From Trichoplax sp. H2 (taxonomy: Eukaryota), in contig NOWV01000259.1 in the NCBI GenBank assembly GCA_003344405.1, positions 1 through 64,000 of the forward strand: DNA of 64,000 nucleotides. Reading direction: 5' to 3'. Every line of letters starts with the position of its first letter. Within the stretch, counting starts at the first letter, position 1. A model generated the notes under the pieces. It made no database searches. It saw nothing but the letters and a program-made list of their open reading frames with translations, and was not told the origin of the DNA. Shown here in pieces: positions 26,391 to 40,100 of the stretch. Made by a program: the position numbers and the translations under genes.

Positions 26391-27272
26391 CTACGGTATC
26401 TCTGTAACTTCATTTACTTTGCGAAAATCTACGCACGGACGAAATCCGTGATCCCACTTTTTTACTAATAGTAGAGGTGATGCCCAAGGGCTTTTAGACG
26501 GGCGAATCACACCAAATCTTAATATTTCATCGATCTCTTTATTTACTAGTCCCCATTTAGCATAAGAAATTGCATAGGGCTTCGGCCTAATTAATGTTTG
26601 TTTATTCAACCGAATCTTGTACAAAACCGCATTTGTTCGTCCTAATTCAGTACTAAATAATTCCAGGGATCCACGAATTAATGTTTTGAATGGTTACTAT
26701 TGCTTCTTATTCAACTTGCTACCAGCTGGGCGTAATTTATGGATTGTTTCTAAATCTTGTTTCGCTTCCGCAACCTGTACTTGATTGATTTCCTCTTCTT
26801 CATCTAACCCCCATTTGTATTTTTTTTAATAAATTAATATGCTCTATACGAGTCGGTTTCACTCGGTCATCGGTTTGTATTTTATACAGTACACGCAATA
26901 GTTTATTTAGCAAGGGCCATCATATTTGAGATCAAGCTTTTTACGGGGTATTGATGAAAAGAGCAAAACTCCATCTTCGATCTCTAAACTTCGATTCTTA
27001 GCCTTACTATCATAATATTGTTTTCGGTTCTTCGCCGCCTCCTCTGCTGATGCTTTTGCTTGTTCGAGTAGACTAGCGTAGAGATCTTGAATCTTCATTA
27101 ACTCGTTGCCCTTCATCTGTTCGATTTCACCTTCCTCTGAATTCGTAGTCCATTGTTCTTCATTCTATCTAATGGTCCTCTGACTTTCCAACCATATAAT
27201 AAATCAAATGGTGCTAACCCAGTAGTTTCATGAGCGATGTCTTTGCACACAAATAGTAAGTATGGAAGACAA
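26391..27272 (-). mobile_element. Decayed Ty3/gypsy pol fragment with integrase C-terminus upstream of RT (Gmr1-like order)
   Basis: Minus strand in order: CLPYLLFVCKDIAHETTGLAPFDLLYGWKVRGPL, KQYYDSKAKNR...KLDLKYDGP, HINLLKK, then LFSTELGRT...PY...GVIRPSKSPWASPLLLVKK.D..FRPCVDFRKVN; frameshifts and stops present. Confidence 0.88.
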
Positions 27273-27850
27273 TGTGACGAAGCTCGCTCCGAAATGAATA
27301 ATATTTTGATCTAATATGTGTAATAATGTTATTATGGAGGTTGCCGATCTCGACAACAACCTAGTTGTTAATTGAGTTTTATTATTAATTATCGTAGTAA
27401 TATACAGAGTGGATATTGTGTTAGCAATTAAATGTCAAGCTGTGAAGATTATTATGTTGGTTAATAAGGTGTTAATTAATAATATTAATTAGTGGCAAGT
27501 ATTAAGTAACACTTGATCTATTCGGATCTATAGTAAGCCTGTATTGCACATTATATAATTTAATGTTAAAAATTAACACCGGGGTTATTTGTGTGACGCA
27601 TGAAACTGTATATAAGCTTGATTATTATTTTTTAATCTCAGTTCCACTGAGGCTAACGTAGAGTACACTGATACAAACGTAAAAGGGCTAGTAATAAATA
27701 TACTTATTATCCTAAACCTGTCGTTCGACTCAATTACTATAGTATAGGAATAACTTAGTTTTCCGTTACTGAGGATCTCCGGAGTTAATCGGAGAACCAG
27801 AAGAGTAGATAGACCAGTTTAGGTACGATCACAAAAGCTATTTTGTGACA
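27273..27850 (+). mobile_element. LTR (578 bp) without matching TSD
   Basis: TGTGACG...TGTGACA ends; TATATAA ~27609, AATAAA ~27693; U5 hairpin TCACAAAA-GCTA-TTTTGTGA; flanks GACAA versus GGGTT. Confidence 0.75.
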
Positions 27851-27929
27851 GGGTTATTAGCTCTAGGTTCGTAATCCGTCAACTCAAAATTCTGAGTTAT
27901 TAAAATCGAGCAAATCCCTGATGTGACAC

Positions 27930-28542
27930 TGCTACAGTGTTATACAATGTAATATCGAGATTATAGTAAAAACATCTATGTTAGGATGGCTTTGTTGATT
28001 TACCCTTATATGAAGAGTTTCTAATTTAGATATGTGATATTTAAATATAGCACTAGCTTTTATGGTGATATGTACAGCCTACTGAGATCAGTAGTTTAAT
28101 TTGGGAATCGGGAATAATCTGCTTACAATTCAAATCGCTATGATTGTAGTTTACTGATGGTAGATTGTAGATTATCGTAGAAATGTTCCGTGATAGGACG
28201 TATTGTAATCTAACAATTTTATATTAGTCATTTGTCGTCTGTGTTCGTAAATACTGTTATCTTCATTACGTAGCAATAGATAAAATTAGCTTTTGATTCA
28301 TTTTCAGGTTTCAACGTTCAAATTACTAACTAGGATATCTTTGCTATTGTAAAAGAGTATATAAATACGATAAATCGTATAATAAACTTAGTTTTTATAA
28401 TTAGTGTTTAACGTAAGATACGATGCGTCTAAGCCTTTTTTTAGTCTACTAGCATGGGAAAAGTGTCCCTGATTCGTGGTTCAGGGAATCGACTGTTTGA
28501 TCGTGCATTACGTTATCTTGTTACAAAGCTGTTTGTGAAACA
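27930..28542 (+). mobile_element. Solo LTR, family D (613 bp), TSD GACAC
   Basis: GACAC at 27925-27929 and 28543-28547; splits the dispersed repeat homologous to 10525-10760; TATATAAA ~28358, AATAAA 28381. Confidence 0.87.
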
Positions 28543-30359
28543 GACACAAAATAGTCAACACCGTATAATTGACTTATAACGGTCAAGTTCATTATCGTCC
28601 ATGTATCCTCCGTCAGAGAAGAATTACAACTTCTTCTCTTCATAATAACAGTCGAAAATGGCTAAGACAAACCGGATAATCGACTAAGCCTCCAGAATAA
28701 CTATTTTATACAACTGAAACAAATTATTATCAATTGGTTCTCTACATAGGAGTCATCAATAACGTTAGTACATTGCTCATTACATTACTTAATAAGGCTA
28801 TCAGCCACGGCCTTATACAGCACATACTAAATGTTCGCCGTTTCATCATACTAGCCTTACCAACACTTACTTTATTAAGACATACACTGTATTGCATACA
28901 CAAAACTGTTGCAATTAACTGAAATCACTACAGGTAACCATATTTACGAACTGTTAAAAGTATCGGTATACTGTATGTGTTTTCTGTGATTTTTCAAGAA
29001 TTACCGTATCTTTCATTATCGATACCTCATATAAGTCAATTTCGCATTTCAAGACTTAAATCATATTCTAAAAGCAGTATAGTGTTCAATTGTTTAAATG
29101 CAACCTTAATTTGTGTATAATACGTCAAAATTATTTTTGTTTGTGCTATTATTTATCATTATAAATATTTTCAACAGTAAACAAGTATATCAGGTCCCTT
29201 CCGAAACTAATATATTTAATCTATAAGTAGGTACTAATGAAATTAATTCTAATTCTTCAAAGTTTTCAAGTAAAATATTTAATCATAGATTTAATTGTGT
29301 ACAATACTTTGATTAGGAAATTATATACGTTTTCAGGGTGACTCATTTCAATGTTAAACATATGTAATCATAGTCTTTCAGTAGAGCACCTTTAATCTTG
29401 TTAAAATCTTAGTATGCGGCTGAAATATCCACTAGAAACTACTCAAAGTTTACACCTAGATAATAATCTGAATTGATGTCGCCAAATTTATTTTTATTTG
29501 CAACATAACTAAAGTACAATAACAGTTCTAGCGTATAAATAAATTTTACATCTTATATAATGATATTATATATACTTAAAGATGAGAATTTAACTGAATT
29601 TAGCAGCTTCTCATATAACTATACCTACGAAAGATGCTCATGTATTTTACTTTAAATCTTTCTAGATAATATTCCAAGTTATCTGCTGATTAAATCATAA
29701 TGCAACTTGCTAACAATTAGCACATTGTCAAAAAGCAACCGCCCTATAATAATAGTAAAGGCATTATTGAAGCCCTAGCAAGGTCTTTTGATCAAGTTAA
29801 GAAAAAAAGTTAGGAATTGCCTATAAATTAAATATGAGCCACTGACGTCATGGATTTAAAGAAACAATGCCATACGGGGAAAGCTTTATAATTTGGAAAT
29901 ATTAATTTAATAGACTCTTATACCCTTAATAAGTATTAGGTAACAATGTTACCGCAATATTTTTCATCCGTGAATACCATGTTCTACTTTAAAGTAGAAA
30001 ATGGAAGCTGCATTCTTTCTAATGACCGCTTTTTTTTTTTGTATCTATTAGCCAACAATACTCTAGATAAAACGTATTATTTCTAAAACTAATACGTAGC
30101 TCTAAAAATTATCATGAACAATATCTACCTATTGAAGGCATAAAGAATAGTTCATTGCTGTTCGACATGCTCTTACTGTACAGTATCAGACAAGATTTAA
30201 TTCTAATTCAGTTTGCGATTTAATAATTTATTTACAATACGATAGAAAGATACTTTGTAATAATGTTATCGATGACCTCCATAGAAGACGGAGACACATT
30301 CAGTTAAAGGAAAATCTTCTGGAGTCTAGTTTCATTTCAATTAATAGTCTAAGGATATC

Positions 30360-31386
30360 ATGAATATTTCCCAATACCAACATAATTATACTTCAAGTAT
30401 ATATGCCACCATTTATTCTTCAGCTTCCATCGCAGCTTTAATTTTATCGACAGCGGGATTATCAGTCAACATATTTTTACTTTATATTCTTGTAAACGAT
30501 AGAAACTTTCGTAAAACAACTTATTACTTATTTTTAGTCTCTATCGTATCTGACACTATTTCTACTATCGCTACGATAGGAGGATATATACAAATTGTTC
30601 GGTATGAGTTAGCCTATGAAGGTGGAACATTAATGTGTCGAGCAGTCATGTTCACTATGTTTTCATCTTATAGTATTTCAATCATGACTTTTTGCTTAAT
30701 CGGTATAGATCGGTATTTTATCATCGTCAGACCACTCACTACAACTTATCGCATCTATAAGAATCATATCCTAATAACTAGTGAAATTGCGATTTGGATT
30801 TGTTCCTTATCTGTTTCTGCTCCACTACTCAAATTTATGGGAGTTCATCGTGTAGACCCATTACTATGTGAATTCACTAAAATAACAACGCCAGTTTCAA
30901 TCTATATCATAACGTTTGTTACCATCCAATTTATTATTCCGGCGATGACTATTGGATTATTCTACTGGAGAATCATTATTCATCAGAAAAATTATATTAA
31001 GCCAGGAGAATTAACGCAACAGTCCATTATTGAACAGCAGCTTCGAAAGCGAAAATTTATTAAAATGTTAATAAGTATATCTCTATCGTATATCTTTGCA
31101 ACCTGGCCTTTTTTTGCTACAATACTTGGCTTTGCAATCACGCAAAAATCAGTATTGCAAATTCGGAGTGAAAATATTGTCATATTCTTATTCATATTTT
31201 TCAATATCAGCAACGACTAGTATTACTATTTTGAATCCATTTCTGTATCTAAAATTTGATTCCAAGATTCGAAATCAATCAATTCTAGTATTTAAGCGTT
31301 TAGGTAGGAAACGCTATCTGCAATCAACATCCACGTCATTAGTTATCCTAAATCACGAGGCTCTTACTAGATCGCAGGGTATATAA
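30360..31386 (+). CDS. Intronless class A GPCR, paralog 3; single +1 frameshift in a T-run at 31197-31201 (recent pseudogene or sequencing error)
   Basis: ORF 30360-31220 gives TM1-TM6; ORF ending at 31386 supplies SISATTSITILNPFLYLKFD; removing one T restores the frame. Confidence 0.85.
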
Positions 31387-33300
31387 GGATTTATTGAAAA
31401 TTTCTAGCTTGTGACTACGTTTTACGAAATACGGACTCAAGAAATAAATACTTGATTATTGATTACTTTTGTTCTTACAACTACAGGCAGACAGACTCAA
31501 AAGAAATAATTTTATTACTTTCTAATAGCCATAATTAAATTGATATACAGTATGTGAAAGTAATAAAATTATTGATATTAAAGGCAAGCAACTCCAAGGA
31601 ACACAAAGGCCACAATCTTATTGATGGAAGGAATCAGTAAATCATAAGCTGGAGAAGCTAATAATTCATTCAAAAATAGAATATTTTTCACTCACTTTAC
31701 TATTATTTGTAAAAATATTAATAATCTAGTACCAACATAAAGGACGTTGCTATCATTTTACTTAAAAAGCCAAATATTTTTCACACGCTTACTGAATTGA
31801 TTAACTTACAGAAGAGAAAAATGTATCATATCTTGCCGGTGATAATTTATAACTCAATTTGATTATAAATAATGATGCTAATGCTCCCTTCTTTTGCTAG
31901 CAAGTTCATCTGGCTAAAAAGATAGAAACTGCCAAATAATTACGATTATAGCTATATTATTTAAACACGCCCATTTCAAAGTAATGGCAAGGAGTAGCAG
32001 TATATGCGTTTGTAAATGATAGATTCCAATTTTAAATCGCCATTGATTTTATAACCGTTATGAGGGTAACAACTGCCATGGCTTCTAAAGGCTGAAAGGA
32101 TATTCGATATTCCGATCACCAATGTAGGGAATACTGCGAAGTAAAAGTGTGTTTTACTAGTATTAATATCATTGGCCATTATATATTCGTCAGAGAAGCA
32201 AATATTGAAATGGTCTCACATGATCTATGCGAAGGCAAATCAAATAATTATGTCATTGATACGGAGTAACTTTTGCATAGCTGTCGTAACATACTATAGT
32301 TTCCGTAAGATAACTTACTTAGGAATGTCTTATATCAATTTATATATGACACTTTATATATTTCAATAGACAACTACATACTTGTAAAATATCATCAATA
32401 TGCTGATAATTAATATTTATAAAAACTTACTATAAATTGATTGATATTTTAATAAAGTTTGGATTCAGTTTCATCTAAGAGAGGCTGGTAGTGTTACTGT
32501 TCCTTCTGACGATAGCAGATAATCAGAATTTGGGGTGATAATGTAGCAACGTAGATGTAGGTGAAGGAAAACCTTATAGAAGATTTGCAGTTCTAGTTTT
32601 TCGTAGAGCTTTATTTATTCCGTCATCATATGTTTCGATTTGGCACACTTACTTATTTGCTTCGGAAATACTATGGAAATTGTAATTCTAAGCACTCATC
32701 TTTCTTATAATACAGACTATTTAAAAACTATTGTACCTTAGAATAGCTGCTCTAATTTATTTGTAAACTGTAAATGAGTTAGATTTATAGCCATTCTCAA
32801 AATATATTAGTCAACTAATTTCATTGATTTTGAGAAAGTCAATTCACTTATAGATTATAACTTAAGTGATTAGTAGATCGAAGCTAATTTTAACCTGTCA
32901 TTTGAACTACTGTATGGAGTAAGTCCAGTCAAAGCCTTTATATACCAATGCACATCGAAATCAAGATTTTTGAAGTGCTAAAATACCTAAATTATTGATG
33001 AAACAATAAAAATAATAGGGCGTCGTTATAAACTAGTTTCGAAATTAGGGGTATGTAAAAACAGATCTCTAAGTTACTGAAGTATCTGCGATCCAACATT
33101 CTTGAACTATTTAGCAGGAACTTAGGTGCCTTTACTTTGATTTTATACTGTGATAAGTGCTACTTTCGTATAACTGATTGCGTTCGAGGTTTTCTATCAC
33201 TGGAACGATACCAAGATTAACGAGCACGTTCTTCTATCTGTTTTTTTGTCCTATACAGATTGCTATTTTTATACGCTACGACGTATATTTTCCTATCTAA

Positions 33301-34059
33301 TGTAACGCAATCTAATACTTAACATATTTTTATAATAATGATGTATCTTCGTAATATTTCTGATTCCTGTCAGACGCCTGATAACTAGTATATTCTGCTT
33401 AATGAAATCCTAACACACCTTACGAACGAAATATCAGTATTTATTTGTCGCTATCTGATTAGATAAGAAAATTATGTTTATTATGTTTCCATATTTCTCT
33501 ATATATATGCTTTTAAGTAACCATTGTATGTAGTTGTTATCTTGAGTTTGACGTTTCTAGTATGCGATTCTCGTTTTCGGTCTTTCAATGAATTTTCCTC
33601 AATAAAGTACTAGCATTTACAAAGAACTGTTTTATAAATGTTTTCAGAGTGATTTGTATCGTATTTTATACTGTTATTTTCCTCTGAATGTTACAAATCA
33701 GGATTTGTGACAAGCATCTAAAGTCTTTACTATTTCCTACAATCAGCTGCTATAATATAGTCTATGATGGTATATGTCGTATCGAATTCTACAATGCTGT
33801 TCTCTGCATGTCTTCAGTCTCAAAGACAATAAGTACCACACTGTTAATTTTTGTTTCGGATTTGTTAGTCGCATTTGTCCCTACTGAGATCCACGTACGT
33901 TATTTCACGGCAGCTCACACACTGATCCATTAATAACTATCGCACTGCAGCCGGTTAATATCGGCAACAAAATATTCATATTTCGAATAAAACATTTCGT
34001 TTAATTCTGTGAATGGCTACTTAGTCCGCATCTGCTGGCTCTTCGAAATCCTCATCACA
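33301..34059 (+). mobile_element. Degenerate LTR related to 41636-42099
   Basis: 3' ~270 bp colinear with 41840-42099 (GTTCTCTGCATGT, TCACGGCAGCT, CTCTTCGAA...CATCACA); left boundary TGTAACG is uncertain and no clean TSD was found. Confidence 0.55.
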
Positions 34060-35309
34060 CACAGTTTAATTGATTGTAAAGCATGGTATTTGATTGCTTA
34101 AAGTCAAAATATTATTACTTGTATTACATCAAGAATAGGTAGTTATAAGTTTTAATGACAGAGTGATGGACAGAAGCTGTTTGTAGTTAATTAATGAAAA
34201 CCAACACCAAAGCCCAGCCAATTACAATAAAATTTAGTATAACATGGATGGTACAGTAAAATTCCATAGATTGTAATAAATGCGTAGAAATATGGTTAGA
34301 TAGCAAAGTTAATGGTTAATAATATTAGAACAATAATATTTTTGATAAGTCATGTCCGATTGTGAAGGCTGAATGTCAATTACAGCTTTAAAATTATACC
34401 TACTTACCTCAATAATATCGTGAGAATCTAAGTAAATTACTCTAATTTGATAATTACAGGTAAACATCAAAATATTTTATATGAGTCAATTCCAAAAAAA
34501 TATTAGCCAATCAATTTTAAGCCATTCAATAGGTTTTAAATTGATATCTTTAGCCATAAATGTGATTTAAGAAAAAAGAGTCCTATTTTAAAACCATATC
34601 TCTAACATTGTATAAATGCCTTCATAACTTACAAACGAGTATTATGAGCCCCTAGCAGTTATAGATATAATTTTTCGACACTGTAGGATCGAATTTATTA
34701 AGAAATCGATCTGAATCTTATTTAATAAAGCTCGCCTTTAATTAAATGTTGATTTATTAACAGATTCTGGACCATAGATTCTAATATTTACAGCAAATTG
34801 TATTATTCCACACTTTGTTCCACGAATTATATTTAAACAAAAAAGATCCATAAAATCAGTATGTCACTCAACGCTAAATTTTTGGCGACAATTACACTCA
34901 ATAATAGAAATTATATTTGTTTAAACGCTATTAAAGCCTTAAGACTGCTTTTTAGTCAGCTGCAGCAGATGGATATTTAACACAAGCGTCCATAATTGAT
35001 TCAATTATATTTCACAGTTCGGATGATGTAGTTTAAGTCTCATTCTTTTTCGGTTAACTAGCTATAATGGACACAATTATTGTTTCAGTAATCACAATGG
35101 ATAGCACAACTATTTTTATAACATAAATGTTTTATTTCTCATTTATTGCAGATTTATGTCGAAAAGTAATTAAAATTTTAGTATGTATTCTAGTCAAGTA
35201 CGGTTTTAACAAGAATTATCATCAAATTTAGATGCTTAGTCCTTGGCTATCCAATATGAGCTAAATTTCATGAACTGTTAAAAATCATACATGATGGCTG
35301 CTGCCGAAG

Positions 35310-35481
35310 GGTATTTAAACTCGGCAGATAGTTGAATAAAAGAAGACTTCTATAGTTGTTTAGTTTAGAAGCAAAGGCATCTAAATTCTAGTGAGGTAGT
35401 TAAGGGATACTGAATCCCGGAGACTATAGTAATTTGGAGATTTGTTTAACGTCATCTTTGTCACGAAGCTGGTTTGTAACA
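35310..35481 (+). mobile_element. Family A LTR fragment (R/U5 part)
   Basis: Reverse complement of 185-350 and 45597-45770, ending TGTCACGAAGCTGGTTTGTAACA. Confidence 0.8.
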
Positions 35482-36134
35482 GTCCTAGTTGCCTTATAGC
35501 TAAAAATTTAATTTTTTGGTCAATAATATCTGTATTTAAAAGTACTTCTTATGAAATCCGGTTGATAGACTGACTTTCTCAAGAAATAATAATAAATTAT
35601 ACCAATCACACTGATCTTGAACGTAATCACGATCACCAAAAGGAATTTTATGATAAAGTTTATGCTTTCACTGTGCTGTAATTTGGTATTATTTAGAGTC
35701 TATGTTGTATACTCTTACTTATTACTGTTACTAATACGCATGGATATCATCCTGCTGTACAACATAAGATAGACTAACTTTATTGGCACTTGTGCTAATA
35801 AGAGAGCTATATCCAGTCAGGTAATCTGACTTATCTGTAACCAACCAGAAGCCGAAATACTACATACTTATAACTATGCACATCGTGCAATCAATAATTC
35901 AAGGGTTCTAGTGTCAAGAGATACTCTCTAAATAACGAAGCTCTCGAGATATCTTTTGACGAGAACATTAGTGGTAGATAACCTCTTACATTGCTAAGAG
36001 TAGTTCTAATTCGATTTGGATAGAAGTTAATAAACGTAAGCTGTATAGTGTATAGATTACACAAGTATTACTTCATCCCTGAGTCTTTACCGGAGTACCT
36101 CGACGCCAAGTCACATTGACATATATTGACATCA

Positions 36135-36750
36135 ATGGCGACAATTACAACATACTGTTCTAACAGAAATTTTCTTCCTAGCACTAAGACTCATTGTTAA
36201 CTATTTTTACCATTTATTTTTGCTATAAGAAATTATTTTAGAAAGGTCACCAATTATTTAATAATGATTTCAGTAGCCTCAGATACCATTTATAATCAGC
36301 TCTCAATTACTATATTTATCCAGATGGCTGAATATCGACATGACTATAATAGTGGAATAATTATATGTCAATTGCTTTAATTTCCATTTTAGCATCTTAC
36401 TACATTTCTTGTTTGGCATTAGCAATAATTACAATAGATTTTTATTTAGTGACAGTTTGTCTTTTATCCTTACTTTATCGACTAAATAGACAGTAGATCT
36501 TCATGCTATCCCAAACTATAGTATTTGTAGCAGCAATATCTATATCTATTCCGTTATTCTTCGAAACATCAGTCTATCATGAAGATGCTTACGTATGCAA
36601 TATACGAATAATTCTTTAAAGAAGTAGATTTTATTGCATAGTCGGCATATTGTAACTCATCATACCAATAGAATGAGAATCGTATTTATAGTCTGTGCGA
36701 AGGCTATTATGTCACACAGAAACTACTGAAGAAAACAATTGGTAACAATC
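36135..36750 (+). pseudogene. Degraded GPCR pseudogene of the same family (paralog 4), followed by a solo LTR
   Basis: Hand translation NYFRKVTNYLIMISVASDTIYNQLSITIFIQMAEYRHDYNSGIIICQLL* and LASYYISCLALAIITIDFYLVTV...YRLNRQ*...ISIPLFFETSVYHEDAYVC align to TM2-ECL2 of the paralogs; boundaries approximate. Confidence 0.85.
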
Positions 36751-36752
36751 AA

Positions 36753-37186
36753 TGTTACGAGCTAGGAATAGCCCTAACTCGCAACAAGAATTGAGAGAGT
36801 AATTTCTATCCTATACTACTATTATTTAGAATACCAGTCAATTAGTATTCGAAGATAGATAATCGTATTAAATTTACTGTATCAGTATTAAAATAATCAA
36901 TGCTTAATAATAGTCTAACAGATACATATTAAGCTATCCTACTAAGACATTTCCTCTAAAACTTAAGTATTGCAGTTTGAACATTAACGACCTTAGAAGT
37001 TATAGATACAGTCCAGTTTAACTGATTGCCAATTACTATTTTATTCTATCTAATCCTAAATTAAGGATATCATCTGTTAACCGCTAAAGTTACTATTAAG
37101 GAGACCGTAAATATTTCTGAGATATAAAAATATATAGAACGAAACATAGAAATAAAATATACTTCAGGAAGATTACTTTCGTGACC
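36753..37186. mobile_element. Solo LTR, family H (internally deleted), TSD ATCAA/ATGAA
   Basis: TGTTACGAGCTAGGAATAGCCC start shared with 10829; lacks ~190 bp of that copy. Confidence 0.82.
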
Positions 37187-40100
37187 ATGAATTATCATAA
37201 TAAAAGCCCTTACCTTTGAAGAAAACCAACCATAACTATTGCTTATATACGTTAAATGCAGTAATGTTAAAAAGGTTGCTCAAAAAATGACTGAGCACCG
37301 TATTGTTATTTGTAATTGCTAGAATGCTATAGTTTATCATAGAATTATAGAATTTTACAGTATATCTTTTGCCTTTTATATTAATTCTTGCAACAACCTT
37401 AAGCATTTAAGTGGGATATTCCTCGTTCGAGCAGTAAAATTTGTATCTGTAAGAAGCGTGTTACTACTAAATTTTATAAAAGTATAGTCATCAATAATGA
37501 TAACGTATTAAAGTGCAATTTTTGCTAATAAGACTGCGGGATAATTCGTAAGTATGGGTTCCTTATGATAATTAGTTAATCAGTATTGAAGAATTTTTAA
37601 ACTTTTAGATAAGATATGGTCAAAACTTTATTAGTCTGTAAAGCCAGCCTTCATTACTAGTAACCTTTTTACAGCAGATACATGTGTCTACATTAATTTA
37701 CAATTAATGTAAAGCGGTTACTATTGCAAATACATTTATGTACTTATGTTTATATTAACTCAGCTACTGTGAAATCATTTCTTGTTTTTAATAGTGTCAA
37801 CAGGAAATGTATTGAAGTATTGAAAAATATCACGAAGGATATTGTCTTTCCGTCCTAACTTCTTAATGAGTAGATATTCTAGCATATATTAGTATTAATC
37901 AATAATGCCCTCATAAAGTAAAGGAAAGCAATAATCTAGTAGTAGTTTAATAGTATAACCTTGTCTTAAAAATTATTCGTCTTTCTAAAGGTAGATAATG
38001 AGTTTACTTTTGTTTCCGTTGCAGTAAAATTAAAAATTAACATATAAATCTTGGGTTTCATTGTCCAATCTACATTAAGTACCATGAACATAGTCTATCA
38101 TGGTTGGATATTTACTGATTTCCTTTGATGAGCATCATTATTACTAATTCACAAGAGGGTAATTCATGTTGCTCACCTAAATATTTTTCAATAGTTAACT
38201 GCAATAGCATGTAAAACAAATATTGGCAAAGCTCGGAGGAGGGTCATGAATGTCTCAGTCTGGTGCAGCAACCTTCTTATCCTATGTAACTTTTTCTAAA
38301 TTACCATTAGCTTATGCTATAGCCAGACTATGAAATATCTAATCTGTATAATCCTTCCCTGTATTTATTATGTTAAAGTTATTATAATTGTAATTTTGAT
38401 AATATAATTAATCATCAATTCAATCGTTCCACATTTCATAATTATCTTTTCGTTCCTTATTTTACATTACCTCAAATATGAACTCTGATTGTTGTTGTTT
38501 GTGTCTTCTAGCTAGCTAGGGTAATAGTCATATACCAGTACTGAGTTGGATAAGATTCTCATAGTTTTATAGCAATACCCTGTAAATTATGTCGGTCGTA
38601 GTATATTAGGAAGATATTGACGTAAAATTTTGTAGCCTATGTTTAATTAAGTAAACCAGTCATACGCGAAGATTATTACCGGTACTACCTATTTCCTAAG
38701 AAAATATTTTTCGTTTTCGAGTAAGGAAGCATTCATTTGAAAAAAATTGGAACCTGAAGGAAGAAGTAAATGGATTAAGGCCCCTACAAGGGAGATTTTA
38801 CGGTAAACTAAGCTGAGGAGTCCTACAATGCATAATAGTATGATAATATCTTCGTGCATGAAAATGTATAGAAATATCTTCCTAATTGATTTCAAAAGAT
38901 ATGTTATAGTAATCAAACAAGGTCGCAATATTTCCTCATTGATTTGAAAAGATGTCTAATATAACATATACAAGGATTATCAAGCAAGAGCACTATAATT
39001 TATCGGAACATTTTTGATAATCAGTCATGAGAATTTGTAGATCCTTTCATTCACGTCGAGTTTAACCAACATTAAGAGTTGTATTCTAATTTAAAGACTA
39101 AAATAAAAAAGCTTACTGTCTACTGTATTGCAGGTATGGAAAAATTTAAAGATAATATAGTACGATACTATTGAGCATAGGTTGGTATGATCATGATTTG
39201 GATTTATTTGGTACTAATCTTAACTTATAACTAACGTAATAGATAATTTCTAAATCCTTAATTGGTAGATTTTAAAAATGTGTTTCTATGAATGGTACTA
39301 GCTCGTAAATCTTTCTGATGATTTAGTGTATTACATATAACTAACTTCAGATGCCCATTTCGCTATACGGATAGTATCAAAGACTAGAGTTACTTTAACA
39401 AGCAGGTCTTAATATTGCAGTTAAAATGAGACCCATCATTAAGTTACTGTTTCATACCTGAAATTTTATATATCTTATTATTGTATTCATCTATAATTAG
39501 GATACAAAGTTAAATTAAATTTTAATACGAACGTAATTAAGCGATTTTCCATTCTCGAGCAAATTTATTTTATTCAGCCTTTTCCTTATTACTAGGCTAA
39601 ATAATGGCAATTCAATTAAATCATTCACATTCACTGATTTGGCTTTTGCTCAAAATTTGAATCTTAGCTATGGTTATTTTAAAACTATTCCTCCCAATAT
39701 TTATTATTATCACTTACGGTAAGATTTAGATGCATGAGTATGCGCATAAATTTCTTATATTGCTCAAGAAGATTTAAGGATTAATTCTTACTAAAATTTG
39801 TTCTTCTTTCCGCTTAAGAATCGATGTATCTATTAGCACCTTCTCTTATTTAGTGAAGATAAGATTAACGGCTGTAATTAACCTTCACTTTGGACAAAAC
39901 TAGAATCGTTTACGATATTGAATGATAGGGAAAATGCTCGCTTGTTATTCTTTATTAGAGTTCAGTGCAAAAGCAACCGGAAATTAAAATCCTTTAAGAG
40001 CCCTTATTAATGCTATAATATTATGCAGAGATATATGGTAAATTACGTTTGTTTAAATTACATTTGTCAGACCAGTAGCTTGTGTTGTAAACTTATATAT

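Noticed and set aside
27273..27850. This LTR as the cognate 5' LTR of the adjacent Gmr1-like pol
   Set aside because: Opposite orientation, abuts mid-integrase, and there is no PBS or gag between them.
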